DNA of 63,540 nucleotides, counting the filler, from Bigelowiella natans CCMP2755 (Eukaryota > Protista > Cercozoa): NCBI GenBank assembly GCA_000320545.1. It is 5 parts of 5 records of this genome, joined end to end, with 100 filler letters (N's around TTAATTAATTAA, not from the genome) between each part and the next. Parts side by side here need not be neighbours in the genome. Positions count along the whole stretch, not along the records: positions 58,723 to 63,540 come from ADNK01003563.1; 4 more parts are not named here. The stretch is one strand, 5' to 3'. The notes below the pieces were generated by a model, which worked only from the letters and a program-made list of their open reading frames with translations, was not told the DNA's origin and searched no databases. Made by a program: the position numbers and the translations under genes. Positions 63,379 to 63,540 of the stretch are shown here, one piece after another; within the stretch, counting starts at the first letter, position 1; each line of letters opens with the position of its first letter.

Positions 63379-63540
63379 TCAACCCACCTCCAGTAGGGTT
63401 ACTATAGGAATACAGACATTCTTTACATAACACCCTCTGTGTTTGAGATAAGTGGTTTTTATTTTGAATGTATCAAATACTTCTTTATCGTATTGGATAT
63501 ATTTGACTCCATCTGTGAACTTGAAGAAGAAATAAATGGT
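63379..63540 (-). CDS. C-terminal end of a viral protein (possibly restriction-endonuclease-like fold)
   Basis: Open frame TIYFFFKFTDGVKYIQYDKEVFDTF...VCIPIVTLLEVG*, convergent with the 2-TM gene and cut by the window end. Confidence 0.5.
   Translation of the reverse strand, partial: TIYFFFKFTDGVKYIQYDKEVFDTFKIKTTYLKHRGCYVKNVCIPIVTLLEVG

Larger units (their letters stand above)
58723..63540. mobile_element. virophage (lavidavirus-like) genome segment
   Basis: AT-rich, gene-dense and intronless, with penton, cysteine-protease and packaging-ATPase hallmark genes plus a lipase. No host junction is visible. Confidence 0.88.

Overview
This window is not one locus. It is five contigs joined by identical artificial 100-nt spacers (44 N + TTAATTAATTAA + 44 N): 1-18841, 18942-44295, 44396-49164, 49265-58622 and 58723-63540. 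Contigs 1-4 are nuclear DNA of an intron-rich, probably flagellated protist whose introns are full of microsatellites. Genes recognised there: U-box/SAM protein, MOSC (YiiM-like) protein, HSP20-domain protein, TPR protein, TSP1+PAN/apple membrane protein, RIIa+EF-hand protein, BT1 folate/biopterin transporter, RRM protein, a spliced DUF262 (GmrSD/SspE-type) protein, a mitochondrial-carrier-like protein, guanylate kinase, an EF-hand protein and a cation/H+ antiporter. Contig 5 is an AT-rich, intronless virophage-like segment: penton, basic core-like protein, lipase, truncated/fused cysteine protease, packaging ATPase and a 2-TM protein, with a shared TCTA late-promoter-like motif. Top observations: (1) intergenic DNA in which TpA is almost completely absent except inside CTAG, suggesting a 'reverse-RIP'-like mutational process; (2) a bacterial-defence-type DUF262 gene carrying spliceosomal introns; (3) the virophage, whose maturation protease lacks its catalytic Cys. 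Exon models were built by eye, family calls come from motif recognition rather than searches, and multi-exon coordinates are approximate.
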